Assembly: GCA_030390025.1 (NCBI GenBank)
Contig: CM059445.1
Location: forward strand, 2,914,001-2,978,000
Direction: 5' to 3'
Length of the DNA: 64,000 nucleotides
DNA from: Squalus acanthias
Lineage: Eukaryota
Shown here one piece after another: positions 25,851-37,650 of the stretch. Below the pieces are notes generated by a model. It was not told the origin of the DNA and did no database searches. It saw only the letters and a list, made by a program, of their open reading frames with translations. The position numbers and the translations under genes were made by a program. Each line of letters opens with the position of its first letter. Positions within the stretch are counted from its first letter, which is position 1.

Positions 25851-27644
25851 CTAAGGTCTCTCTCCTGTTCCCACTGAGTACACATTCTTGTTACTTTTTT
25901 GCCAAATGTCAGTCACTGTAAATGTAGCAGCATCAAAATGCATCTTGTACGATAGTACTATCCAGTACAGGGTCCTCAACCCAATTACTGAGGCACTACT
26001 GAATGAATATCATTAGGCCCATTCGGACAGGTAGCTTGAAATTAATCAGGAGCCACACGCTTCAATCACCAGAAATGATCCTCGGAGGGTTTGGTTTAAG
26101 ACTGAAGATGCAATTCATTTAAACAGTAAACCTGGACTGTTCCCTGTGTATTTCGATAAACTGATTTCTGATATGCATCTGCCTTTTTAATGGCTTTTGA
26201 AGCCTTTTCATGATATCTGAATTTAACCGAAAAGCTCCTGGCTTCATGATATAGCTCATTACCTTCTGCAGGAAATGTTATTAAGGAACTTAATTTGCCA
26301 CTATTGTCAATTTTGAAAAGACATTCGCACCAAGAAAATGTTTTATGCCCTGGCAATATTCACCCATGTAAATCGACAAATATCAAAATCATTGCATGGA
26401 AATATTACATTTGTTTGAACAAAAATGAATTAAAATTCCATTAGTTCTATTCATTTGGATAATTGTACAGATACCAATTTAGGGTGGGACATTTTTTGTG
26501 TTTGTAAAGAGCACCCCCTTTGTGATTTTAATTATGCCTACCTCTTATCAGCAAGATCACTTCACATAAATCACATGACATGCTTGACATGATGTTTTAG
26601 CTGCCCATCTTAGTGGAGTGTTTTAAACATGGGGGTGTAATTCAGCTGCAATTAGAAACCGTGTTGGAGATGGTATATGTGAGCTATTCCATGCTGTCAG
26701 AAATGCTCAACATAGTTAGGATACTGTAGCCTTCCTCTATGCCACAAACTACATCACTCCCAGCTGCAGCTTAATTTTCTGTGACTTGTCTAATTACTGT
26801 AATTAAACATTAATTGCCATTAATTATTCACACATAAGCTAGTCGCAAGTCAAGTGGTAAAAGCCAGATGAAATCTGTCGTACAACTTACATGTGAACAC
26901 TGTGCACTGTTCAATGTTGGCAGGTCATTGGCTTTGCCCATGACGGAACACAAGGCGAGACCCCCTAAAATCCTCGGGGCTCTGGCATTGGCACTGCAGC
27001 CTAAAGTCACAGTCAGACAGGGCAGAGGCCTGCAATCACCGGCAGCTCTTCCAAATTCTCTCTACACCATCCATTATGCCCAAAGCAACAGCCTGAGAAA
27101 GTCCCTTCAAGTATCAGGCAATAAAAATAGAAACACTGCATACTAATAATTGTCATGCTAATAATTGGGGGGAGGGGGGGCATATTTACTGTACTCCGTC
27201 TACATTTTACAAAAAAAAACTATAAATGCTTTTGTGGTTACAGAAATGCTGTCCCCCAGACAAAAAGAACCGAATTCACTCAGACATTTTTGCTTCATTC
27301 CAGATTACAAAATGTAATGCTCTGTGTATCTCAGTGACTGGAAACACATCTAGATACAGAAAAATATAAAAATGGGCCACGCAAAGTATTAAACTAGGAA
27401 CAATTTTAAAGCTGCACCCAAAGAAAACGACATAGAAGGGAATATTTCTGACTGCAAGACCGGAGACCTTTAGTGAGAAATGTTGATGTTTTTGGCATTA
27501 GAGGGAGCACTAACATAGCAGACAGCGTGTCTACCCCCCGATGGTCAAAAGGCAATTCACACTTCAATTTGCGCTTGTATATGACTGGATGCAAATTAGG
27601 AAGCCAGAGGCCCAATTGACTGAGCACAGAATCTTTGGCTAAAT

Positions 27645-27822
27645 AAAAACAGAAAATGCTGGAAACACTCGGCAGGTCAGAACTGACACTTGAGGAAAGG
27701 TCATCGACTTCAAATATTAACCCTACGTTTCTCTCTCCACAGATGCTGCCAGACCTGCTGATTGTTTCCAGCATTTTCTGTTTTTATTTTGTATTTCCAG
27801 TATCCGCAGTATTTCGCTTTTT
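27645..27822. mobile_element. Asymmetric palindromic Penelope-type short element
   Basis: Short left arm and full right arm; TSD atctttggctaaat (27631-27644) / atcttttgctaaat (27823-27836); hammerhead core mutated. Confidence 0.75.
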
Positions 27823-29026
27823 ATCTTTTGCTAAATGCTTGGCTTTCAAACAAAATCCAACCTCAAATCCTGTGTAACAGGGTGATGAATGCAAGTTCCT
27901 TAAATTTTACTTTAAATTGAGATGTTACCCAAGAGAACAAGGTGGTAAATTAATCAGCTATTTTATACACTGCTACTTCAAATATAGATTTAAATTTAAC
28001 TGCACACCCTGGTCAAGAACAGAATGTCTGATGTCAGTTTTATAGACATAAACATTATTACTACGAGCGGGCCAAGTGAAGTGTCCGAAACCGGTCATGC
28101 AGCTGTTTGTAAAAACCTGAAGCATGTCCTGTACAGTACTGTACTTGTAAAAGCTGCCAGGGATTCTTCTGCCTGAAACATCTCTTCTGCACATTGGTCA
28201 CATCATGTGCCACAAATGCCAAGTTTATGAGAGGCAATCTTTCATTAATGTATGAAAGCTCTGTTGTGAAAACGTTGTTCAGAGGTCACTGTGCCAGATT
28301 CATCTGGTAGAATCGCTAAAACGTTAAACAGGATTATAGGCCCAGGACTGGGCTCCCAAAACCTGCAAATTCAGCTTTTCATTGAACAAGTGGCAAATAT
28401 AGAGGAGGCATTTGAAGCAGTGAAATTACTGCTTGAACTCAGATAACTGTCCCACGTATTGTGGGTTAAAGTTCAGTAATAATTATTAATCAGGACCTTG
28501 TCAAAGTTGACAGATTCCTGCCAAGTGAGCCAGGACTATTGCTGAGCATATAAAATACCATATAAAGAACAGGACTGAAAGGTTTGTACAATGTGACTAG
28601 AATGAATGGCTGATTTACTACGGGTGTAGTTAGTATTCTTGCATTGATAACATGAGCATTTCTACAATGTGGTAAGACTAATTTCACTTGCTGAATTGCA
28701 AATTGAAATATTTCATCTCGAGATCTGAGGTTTTGCGACTGAAGGCAATATCTTGTGGATGTGAAGATGTAGTTAAAGAAATAGCAGAACATAATGCACA
28801 GTATGTGCAGGAATATATCATTGTGTTTGATTAAATGGCTGCACTAGAACATGACATCAAATTACATTTTAGACAGATTTGAGTTTTTGTGATGGAAGGC
28901 TGTATTTTATGTAAACATTTATATAAGAGAGAGAGCATTGTGCTATTATAATAAACTCCATGAAGTATTGTATGTGCAAGAATACATCATGTTCCACCCA
29001 AGCACTGCAGGATAAAGCATCGATGT

Positions 29027-29452
29027 TAAAGAAATAAAGAGTTGCATTTCTATAGCGTCTTTCACGACCTCAGGACGTCTCAAAGTTCTTCACAGCCAAT
29101 GAGGCACTTTAGGAGTGTAGTCACTGTTGTAATGAGGGAAACGCAGCAGCCAATTGCGCACAGCAAGATCCCACAAATAGCAATGTGATAATGACCAGAT
29201 AATCTGTTTTTGTTATGTTGGTTGAGGGATAAATATTAGCCAGGACACCGGGGATAACTCCCCCTGCTCTTCTTCGAAATAATGCCGTGGGATCTTTTAC
29301 GCCCACCTGAGAGAGCAGACGGGGCCTTGATTTAACTTCTCATCCGAAGGACGGCACCTCCGACAGTGCAGCACTCCCTCAGCACTGCACTGGAGTGTCA
29401 GCCGAGATTTGTGTGCTCAAGGCTCTGGAGTGGGACTTGAACCCACGACCTT
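29027..29452 (-). mobile_element. Deu-SINE (SacSINE1-like), 5' truncated
   Basis: Reverse complement of the 8409 copy, B box gggacttgaaccc present, tail ttgcatttctatagcg. Confidence 0.88.
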
Positions 29453-29699
29453 AGTTTACATGAATGGAATTTGTTACTCCCTTCAAGTTAGGATAGCACC
29501 ACCGAGCAATAAAAAGGGTAATAGCTGCCTACCTACTGTTTAATCTGATGCAAATCCAAGATTTTTTGAGATCTGTACAGAACCATTAAGGTAAAGGCTG
29601 TAATACGAGGTTTTAAGAAAACAAACCAAGTTCTTCTGAAAGGGATGTGCAGGATGTGCAGAATGATCAGGTGGCCAATGTATCGTTGCTTTAAAGCTC

Positions 29700-30030
29700 A
29701 GGAGGTGGCTGAGTCATACACACAAGGGAAGTACCAAGTTCAATCTTTGGGCTGTGCTAATTTTTTGTTCAAGGGGTTGTAGGGGTGTTAGAATAGGCCT
29801 CAGTACCCTGGGCTAGGAAGGGAAAAAGCTGCTCAAGCTGTGCTGGAGGTTAACTTTGGGCAAGGGCAGGATTGGGCACGACTGTGATAGCCCAATGACC
29901 GAATACTTCCCAACACGCCCTCAAGGACCACGCATGAAAAGTGGGCAATTGTCACCTGTGGCACCATAACCCTGCAAGAAATCAACACCTTAGAGACGAG
30001 GGGGGGAAATTGCTGAGAAAGAGAAAAAAA
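29700..30030 (+). mobile_element. Old tRNA-SINE, AmnSINE2-like
   Basis: ggcctcagtaccctgggctaggaagggaaaa...ggcaggattgggcacgactgtgat...purine-rich tail; homologous to 32250-32600 and 51460-51895; family name from memory. Confidence 0.55.
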
Positions 30031-30469
30031 GTTCTGTTTAAAATTGCTCTGTGAAAATATTCACTAGGATGTGGTGATTGGCATGTATGTAAAACAGACA
30101 TCCCCACTGATGTGCAATGCTTGCCGAGTACAATATAGGAGACTAATCATGATTCTGTAATCCTTTCACATTTTTAGTTGCAGTTCACGTAATATGACAG
30201 TGCTGTAAGTTGAAGAGCTGGTATATATTTGTCTAATGTTGTTTTGCTGGTTGCCACTTTAAAACTTAGACAATGTGCAAAAGGAGTTTAGCAGCGAAGA
30301 CCAGCCCCATATGAATGTTGCAAAGTTTGTTATAGTCTCCCCGGTAACAGGCTTGAGAGAGAGTGCAACATAGCTGGCTTGTGGAGTCAACAGGTCCATG
30401 GCCCAGGTTGAACCAGTGACTGGGGAGATGAAGTGTACATGCTCTCCGAGTGCTCACCCTCAAAAAACA

Positions 30470-30532
30470 GTTTTTTTTATTCATTCACGGGATGTGGGCG
30501 TCGCTGGCAAGGATTTATTGCCCATCCCTAGA
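30470..30532 (-). mobile_element. Very short LINE 3' tail (same family as 35795-36435)
   Basis: tttttattcattcacgggatgtgggcgtcgctggcaagg..atttattgcccatccc. Confidence 0.75.
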
Positions 30533-30627
30533 TGGACAACCTATCACGCAATGCATATTGTTAGAATGCTAATTACAAATCTTGTTCAGTTTAGAACACA
30601 TCTGCTACTTATGGAGTGTTTTAAGGC

Positions 30628-31052
30628 AAGAACACATAAGAACATAAGAAATAGGAGCAGGAATAGGCCACTTGGCCTCTCGAGCCTGCTCTGCCATTCA
30701 ATAAGATCATGGCTGATCTTGGGCTCAAAGCCACTTCCCCGCCCGCTCCCCATAACCCTTCATTCCCTTATCTTGTAAAAATCTGTCTATATCCACTTTA
30801 AATGTATTTAATGACCCAGCCTCCACGGCTCTCTGGGACAGAGAATGCCACAGATTTACAACCCTCTGAGAGAAGAAATTCCTCCTCATCTCAGTTCTAA
30901 AAGGGCGACCCTTTATTCTGAAACTGTGCCCCCGAGTTCTAGATTTCCCCACGAGGGGAAACATCCTCTCTGCATCTACCTTGTTGAGCCCCCTCAGTAT
31001 CTTATATGTTTCAATAAGATTACCTCTCATTCTTCTAAATTCCAATGAGTAT
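30628..31052 (-). mobile_element. CR1 LINE 3' end
   Basis: ORF 30725-31114 YSLEFRRMRGNLIETYKILRG...SRTRGHSFRIKGRPFRTEMRRNFFSQRVVNLW; (TTCTTATG)n tail. Confidence 0.9.
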
Positions 31053-31469
31053 ATGGAAGAGATATAGGTCTGTAACTCAATATACCCTAAATCAGCAAAC
31101 ACTTTCTCAGCCAATGTGTTAAAACTTTAGTCTTGTGTCCTAATTTTGTTTTTAGAAAAACGTCAAGTGTGAAGCGACACAGAATAGACATTTAAGATGC
31201 ACTTACACTACAGCTTTAGCTAGTTCTGCATCACTCAGACTCGGAAGTGGGAAAGTCTGGTGGAAGCAGCACCCTGAATGCAACCTAAAAATATTCAGGA
31301 GATACTAAACAGGTGCACAGGTAGAAAGTTTGACATTTCTACAGACTCCTTCCAAATCATGCCTCTATTCTGCAAGCATGTCCGACAGTGGCCAGGCTTT
31401 GCCTGAAAATGCAGTTTTTAATGTAAATAGTGGAGTGTTCTAATTAATTGCAGAATAGTTGGGAGCACC

Positions 31470-31590
31470 ATCAGCACAAGGACTGCAGTGGTTCAAGAAG
31501 CCCCACACCCACCTCCTCAGGGCAACTAGGGATGGGCAAGAAATGAGTCCTTCCCACCGTCGCCCACATCCTGAGGGCAAATTTTAAAAA
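31470..31590 (+). mobile_element. Short LINE 3' tail (same family as 35795-36435)
   Basis: ggactgcagtggttcaagaag...gggcaactagggatgggcaa...cgtcgcccacatcc. Confidence 0.75.
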
Positions 31591-31900
31591 GCTAATATAC
31601 ATCTGTAAAGGGTGTAAAACAGGCATTATTAATTTTATCCACAAAGTAGGAACCAAAACTGACAATACGCTCACTGTAAACAGACCATGCAATATGAGGT
31701 GGTAACAGGATGGCAAGGAGTCGAGCTGCGGTCACAGCTCTGATCACAGGGACTCTGTAAATTAGCCAACTTTAGGCCCAGAGTTCACCGCTAGGAGTGC
31801 GATTTCTGTTAAACATTAATGCACAATTGCTGCAGTGTTCAAAAATTCAGCCATTCCAGGAGGTTCATGGAAGGAAGAAAAGCAGTTCCAGAAGGTCAGT

Positions 31901-32228
31901 CAGAGCTGATCAGAGAGAGCCAGCATGGATTGGTAAAGGGTAAATCATGTCTAACGAACCTAGTTGAATTGTTTGAGGAGGTAACAAACGTGGTAGATAA
32001 GGGAGTGTCTATCGATGTTGTTTCTTTGGACTTCCAGAAGGCATTCAAGCAAGGTTCCATTCAGAGACTGTGACAAAAATGAGAGTGCATGGAATTGGAG
32101 GCAACCTATTGGCTTGGGCTGGGAATTGGTTAGGAGGCAGAAGAGAGAGTAGGGATAATGGGTATGTACTCAAATTGGCAGGATGTGACTAGTGGTGTCC
32201 CTCAGGGACCTGTACTGGGGCCTCAGCA
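31901..32228 (+). mobile_element. CR1 LINE RT fragment
   Basis: LIRESQHGLVKGKSCLTNLVELFEEVT..VDKG..DVVSLDFQKAF, then WQDVTSGVPQGPVLGP. Confidence 0.9.
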
Positions 32229-32249
32229 AGTCATGGTGTCTCCCAAAAG

Positions 32250-32600
32250 GTTGTTTTTTTATTTATTTTCAATTTTCTCGCTTCACTTGAACTACCCAAT
32301 TCTTCTGGGTATGATTCCACAAGTGATTCAAGGCCTCCGCACCTCATCCAGTCGTTGCTTTACACACACCATCCGCGATGAAGTGTGTTTGCAAGGTCGC
32401 TCCACTGCAGATAGGGGGCATCACACTCAGAAGTGGGAACCTTGGTTGAAATTTCCCCTCTTCAGGCTAGAGAGGCCGGGGCTAAATGCAGTGCTCCGAC
32501 TGCTGCCCCAGCTGAAATCAGCAGAGACAAGAAGTCAAAGCTGGGACCTCAATCGGTTTGGTCCTACACCATTATCCACTAGACCATCAGGGAATGCAGC
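32250..32600 (-). mobile_element. Old tRNA-SINE, AmnSINE2-like
   Basis: Minus strand tggtctagtgg (A box)...gctgatttcagctggggcagcagt...gaggggaaatttcaaccaaggttcccac...A-rich tail. Confidence 0.55.
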
Positions 32601-34102
32601 TAGTTTTCTAATTTACCATATATCTGAGATATGAAAGGGGAACTACTGAAAGTGACTCCCCTTGGAACACTTTTTCCCATTAGCTCATGAACGGTGCACA
32701 TTACGTTCTTAATACCTGCACAATAATGATCACACACTCCTACTTGTCGAGAGCAGGCTAGTTATTTGCAGAGGCATGAATATAACATATTACTGAAGAC
32801 TAGGTCTCAGAGGTGATTTTTCTCAGCTAAGAAGTGGTAATTTCGATAATTCTTTGTTAGGAGTGCTAAATGTTGCTCCAGTCAAATTTATCCGGAAAAT
32901 ATCAGGAGCTCTTGTAAAAAAAACCTTAGCGTTATCCTATTTCCCCACCCCTCTCCCCCTAATATATTATGAGCTCTTTACAAGACAGCTTCGTTTCTAT
33001 TAAAAATATTTCATAAATTTGAGGCTTCAATACCTGTTCTTGAACATCGAGGTATTTAACAAGTCTGCTTAGAGACGAGAAGTAATATCTTTAATGCAGT
33101 CAGTGTGATGATGAGGATGACACACACAGGATGAAGTGGACTTGCCTGCAGGTAATTATACAGTGCCTGGCTGGTGAATCATCGCTCACTATTTCCATTA
33201 TGGCAATTCATCTCTCTAGAAGCATCTCCATACCCAGAGCTGATCCAGGGAGAAGTCTCAGTGGCTCAAAGCAGTGGGGGAGGATTGAAAAAAAAACCAC
33301 ACACACACACTAAGCTTTAAGCACGAATACTGAAAGCCTTTTACCATCATTTTCTTCAGTGTTCCTGTGAACCTGATCTGTGTAACTGAGTTTAGTATCA
33401 ATATTAACCCCAGTGACAAGGCTGCCTCTATAGGGAAGCCACATCTAACCTTTTACAGGACATGAATGCATGGGGCTGGTATCAAATCAATATAAATAAT
33501 AAGACAGTACTTTAAAAAAAATAAAACGCTACATTTTCTACTAGTTACTGTAACTACGCCAGTGGATTAACCTGCAGTCCCTTTCAGAGTCGAGATGGAA
33601 AATTAATGAGTACAACAGCAACTGCAAGTTTAGCATCGCTGATGGTGACATTGTCATGAGCCCAAAGGTTAAATGTAATCAGCCTGCAAAGCCTGTGCTC
33701 TGGCTCTAGCTGCGATGTGCACAGGGTGTGGGGCAGTTGTACTGGTAAAACTGGCAGACTAACAGATATACCTCCTCAAACTACACATAAACATAACAGA
33801 CTGCTGATCTGTTTAATTCCCCGACTCTTCTTTTTTGCTCATTTTTTCAACATCCAGTCATATGTGATTTAGCTGCTATTTTCATACAAGACTGTCAGAC
33901 AGATGTGCAGTGAGGAAAATAACAGTCAGCTGCCGCTAACAATTACTGTGGTGGGGACAACAGTGCTTTAAGAAAGTATTAATAGAAAAAATAAAATGCA
34001 ATACTAAATGACATCTTTCAAATTTCTTTTCCCATTATTTTTAAACATAATTTTTTTTTACTGACCTTGTGAATGATTTTTACCATACACATTATTCTCC
34101 AG

Positions 34103-35317
34103 TGAAAGGAGAGGGTAAGAAAGAGNNNNNNNNNNNNNNNNNNNNNNNNNNNNNNNNNNNNNNNNNNNNNNNNNNNNNNNNNNNNNNNNNNNNNNNNNNN
34201 NNNNNNNNNNNNNNNNNNNNNNNNNNNNNNNNNNNNNNNNNNNNNNNNNNNNNNNNNNNNNNNNNNNNNNNNNNNNNNNNNNNNNNNNNNNNNNNNNNNN
34301 NNNNNNNNNNNNNNNNNNNNNNNNNNNNNNNNNNNNNNNNNNNNNNNNNNNNNNNNNNNNNNNNNNNNNNNNNNNNNNNNNNNNNNNNNNNNNNNNNNNN
34401 NNNNNNNNNNNNNNNNNNNNNNNNNNNNNNNNNNNNNNGGGGGGCGAGAGAGAGGGGGGCGAGAGAGAGGGGGCGAGAGAGAGGGGGAGAGAGANNNNNN
34501 NNNNNNNNNNNNNNNNNNNNNNNNNNNNNNNNNNNNNNNNNNNNNNNNNNNNNNNNNNNNNNNNNNNNNNNNNNNNNNNNNNNNNNNNNNNNNNNNNNNN
34601 NNNNNNNNNNNNNNNNNNNNNNNNNNNNNNNNNNNNNNNNNNNNNNNNNNNNNNNNNNNNNNNNNNNNNNNNNNNNNNNNNNNNNNNNNNNNNNNNNNNN
34701 NNNNNNNNNNNNNNNNNNNNNNNNNNNNNNNNNNNNNNNNNNNNNNNNNNNNNNNNNNNNNNNNNNNNNNNNNNNNNNNNNNNNNNNNNNNNNNNNNNNN
34801 NNNNNNNNNNNNNNNNNNNNNNNNNNNNNNNNNNNNNNNNNNNNNNNNNNNNNNNNNNNNNNNNNNNNNNNNNNNNNNNNNNNNNNNNNNNNNGAGAGAG
34901 CAAGATAGGGGGAGAGAGAGCAAGAGAGGGGGGAGAGAGAGAGAGAGAGAGAGGGGGAGAGCGCGAGTGAGGGGGAGAGAGCAAGANNNNNNNNNNNNNN
35001 NNNNNNNNNNNNNNNNNNNNNNNNNNNNNNNNNNNNNNNNNNNNNNNNNNNNNNNNNNNNNNNNNNNNNNNNNNNNNNNNNNNNNNNNNNNNNNNNNNNN
35101 NNNNNNNNNNNNNNNNNNNNNNNNNNNNNNNNNNNNNNNNNNNNNNNNNNNNNNNNNNNNNNNNNNNNNNNNNNNNNNNNNNNNNNNNNNNNNNNNNNNN
35201 NNNNNNNNNNNNNNNNNNNNNNNNNNNNNNNNNNNNNNNNNNNNNNNNNNGAGTGATAGGGAGGAAAAAAGAGAAAGAAACAGAGAAAGAAGGAAAGAAG
35301 GATGGAAAAACAGAGAC
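34103..35317 (+). repeat. GA-rich polypurine tract broken by three N-gaps (34126-34438, 34495-34893, 34987-35250)
   Basis: All resolved islands and flanks are almost pure G/A on the plus strand. Confidence 0.9.
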
Positions 35318-35794
35318 TGACTCGGCCACAAGACTCGGGCTGAAAATGGGGATCCACTATGAAAATTAGTTGGTAACATGATTGCAAGGTAATGTGGGTA
35401 GATTTTAAAATGTTAAATGTCTGGTAGCGTCTTACATTGGTGTATTGATGCACTGTGATTTACAGCAATAGGACAGCAGCTCATGTCCAGAATTATCCAC
35501 ACAATCTCGGTTGAGTCATGGGCGGTTTGGGGGTGGGGTGGGGAGAAGAGAGTTACTACAGAAATACTGGACTTGTATAGTGCACTACAAGGAGGGCGAT
35601 GGAGAAAAAATACTGGACTGCAAGTAGCCAAGGCCCATGCTCAGACAGTCTGCAGTAGCTGTCTGAACAAAATCAGTAGCAGAGGCCTAGACACCATCAC
35701 CAGCCCGTCCTCTTGTCTGAGGAATGGTGTGTGTTACGTGGAAGGTGAATGACACCTAAAAGACAAGGCATATAAAATAACTCGAGAGATAGAG

Positions 35795-36435
35795 TAACAG
35801 AAACTTAACTGGACCAGCCACATAAATACTGTGGCTACAAGAGCAAATAAACTAATCCCTGTGACTCATCTCCTGACTCCCCAAAGCTTTTCCACCACCT
35901 GACAAGGCACAAGTAAGGAGTGTGATGGAATACTCTTCACTTGCCTGGATGAGTGCAGCTCCAACAACACTCAAGAAGCTCGACATCATTCATGTCACAG
36001 CAGCCCGCTTGATCGGCACCCCATCCACCACCTTAAACATTCACTCCCTCCACCACCGGCGTACCGTGGCTGCAGTGTGTACCATCTACAAGATGCACTT
36101 CAGAAACTTGCCAGGGCTTCTTCGGCAGCACCTCCCAAACCCATGACCTCTACCACCTAGAAGGACAAGGGCAGCAGGCGCATGGGAACACCACCACCTC
36201 CAAGTTCCCATGCAAGTCACACACCACCCCGACTTGGAAATATATCGCTGTTCCTTCATAATCGCTGGGTCAAAATCCTGGAACTCCCTCCCTAATAGTA
36301 CTGTGGGAGTATCTTCACCACAGGGACTGCAGCGGTTCAAGAAGGCAGCTCACCACCACCTTAAGAGCAACGAGGGATGGGCAATAAATGCCGGCCTTGC
36401 CAGCGACGCCCACATCCCATGAATGAATAAAAAAA
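35795..36435 (+). mobile_element. LINE 3' portion (CR1-group, distinct subfamily)
   Basis: KLNWTSHINTVATRA, VRSVMEYSSLAWMSAAPTTLKKLD..AARLI..LHHRRTVAAVCTIYKMH; stem-loop 3' UTR and gaatgaataaaaaa tail. Confidence 0.85.
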
Positions 36436-37322
36436 TTTTTAAAGTTCACTCCCAATCCAGCAAGTCACAAGCTCAAACTCCTGTCATGACCAACATTCAG
36501 ATTTAGCTGACCTGCCCTTATTCAGCAAGTTCCCATCAGTTCTTAGTCAGTCCACTTACCATATGGATGGTTGTGGGACTGTGAAGCAAACCATTTCAGC
36601 GTGGAAAACCTGTAAGAAACCATTGCACCCACAGAAGTGCACATCCTGGCCAACCAGTACGGACAATGTGGTCTAAAACCACAGCTCGCATTGTCTTATC
36701 TAAGGGAAGGAAAAAGAGACAGCAGTGAAGGATCTGCTTTAGGGTTTAAAGAAAGGGGGAAAGGAAGCAGCAGAACCAAAATAAAAAGAAGTGGAGTAAT
36801 GATATTTTGTACAAACCAGTACAAAGTACTGTACTCCAGAATGTTAAAGCACAACCCTGAAAAAACACAGCTCTCAAATAGGTAAGACCGCACACTCCAC
36901 AGCTGACAGTAGCCATGAGTGAATAATGACTCTCTTCACACAACTAAGGTGCACACTCTGTTTCATGGCCTGGGATGTGTTGACATCTTCACCAAATAAT
37001 TTAAGTAATAAACGACAGTGCCTGGGGAACGTACAATGAAATAACCTGGAGAACAGTAACTTCAGTAGATCAACAGCAAGGTGAATTCAGTTTATCTACC
37101 AGCTTCTCAAGGTGTTTCTTTCACACACATCATAGTGTCAGAAACTCTTGTATATTACCATCCGTGGTGTGTGTGTAGATACATTGTACAAGTGTATTAC
37201 CGGGGATCTTTTTAAAGCAGCATTTATTGAGAACTGCAATGTATTTCTCTGGTAAGTATTTTTCCAATAGAAAAAGATAACCACTAAAATGCCAGGGGAA
37301 GACCAGGTTATGATAAACACAA

Positions 37323-37650
37323 CCATAGAGGGTTACAGGATAGACTTTCAGCCGGTCATGCCTGTGCTGGGCCTTTATTAGAGCAATCCAAAACTAATCC
37401 CACTGCTCGCCCCCCACTTTCAAATACTAATGCAATTTTCCTTTAAAAAAATGCAGTGGTCTCTCCTTCAACCACTCCCTGTGCCAAAGCATTCCATGCC
37501 CCAACAATCCTCTGTGTAAAGACATTTCTCCTGATCGCTCTCATCACTCTCACAGTAATAATTTAAAACTGATGATCCCTTCTCACTGACTCCCCAGCCA
37601 GAGGAAATAGTCTTTCCCTATTCAGTCCATCAAAACACTTCATAATTTAA
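37323..37650 (-). mobile_element. Old CR1 LINE 3' end
   Basis: Similar to 42972-43419 (aactaatcccact, gcattcca, ggaaatagtctttccctattc). Confidence 0.7.

Noticed and set aside
34018-35453. Long ORFs of 279-453 aa
   Set aside because: Artefacts of reading through N-gaps and GA repeats
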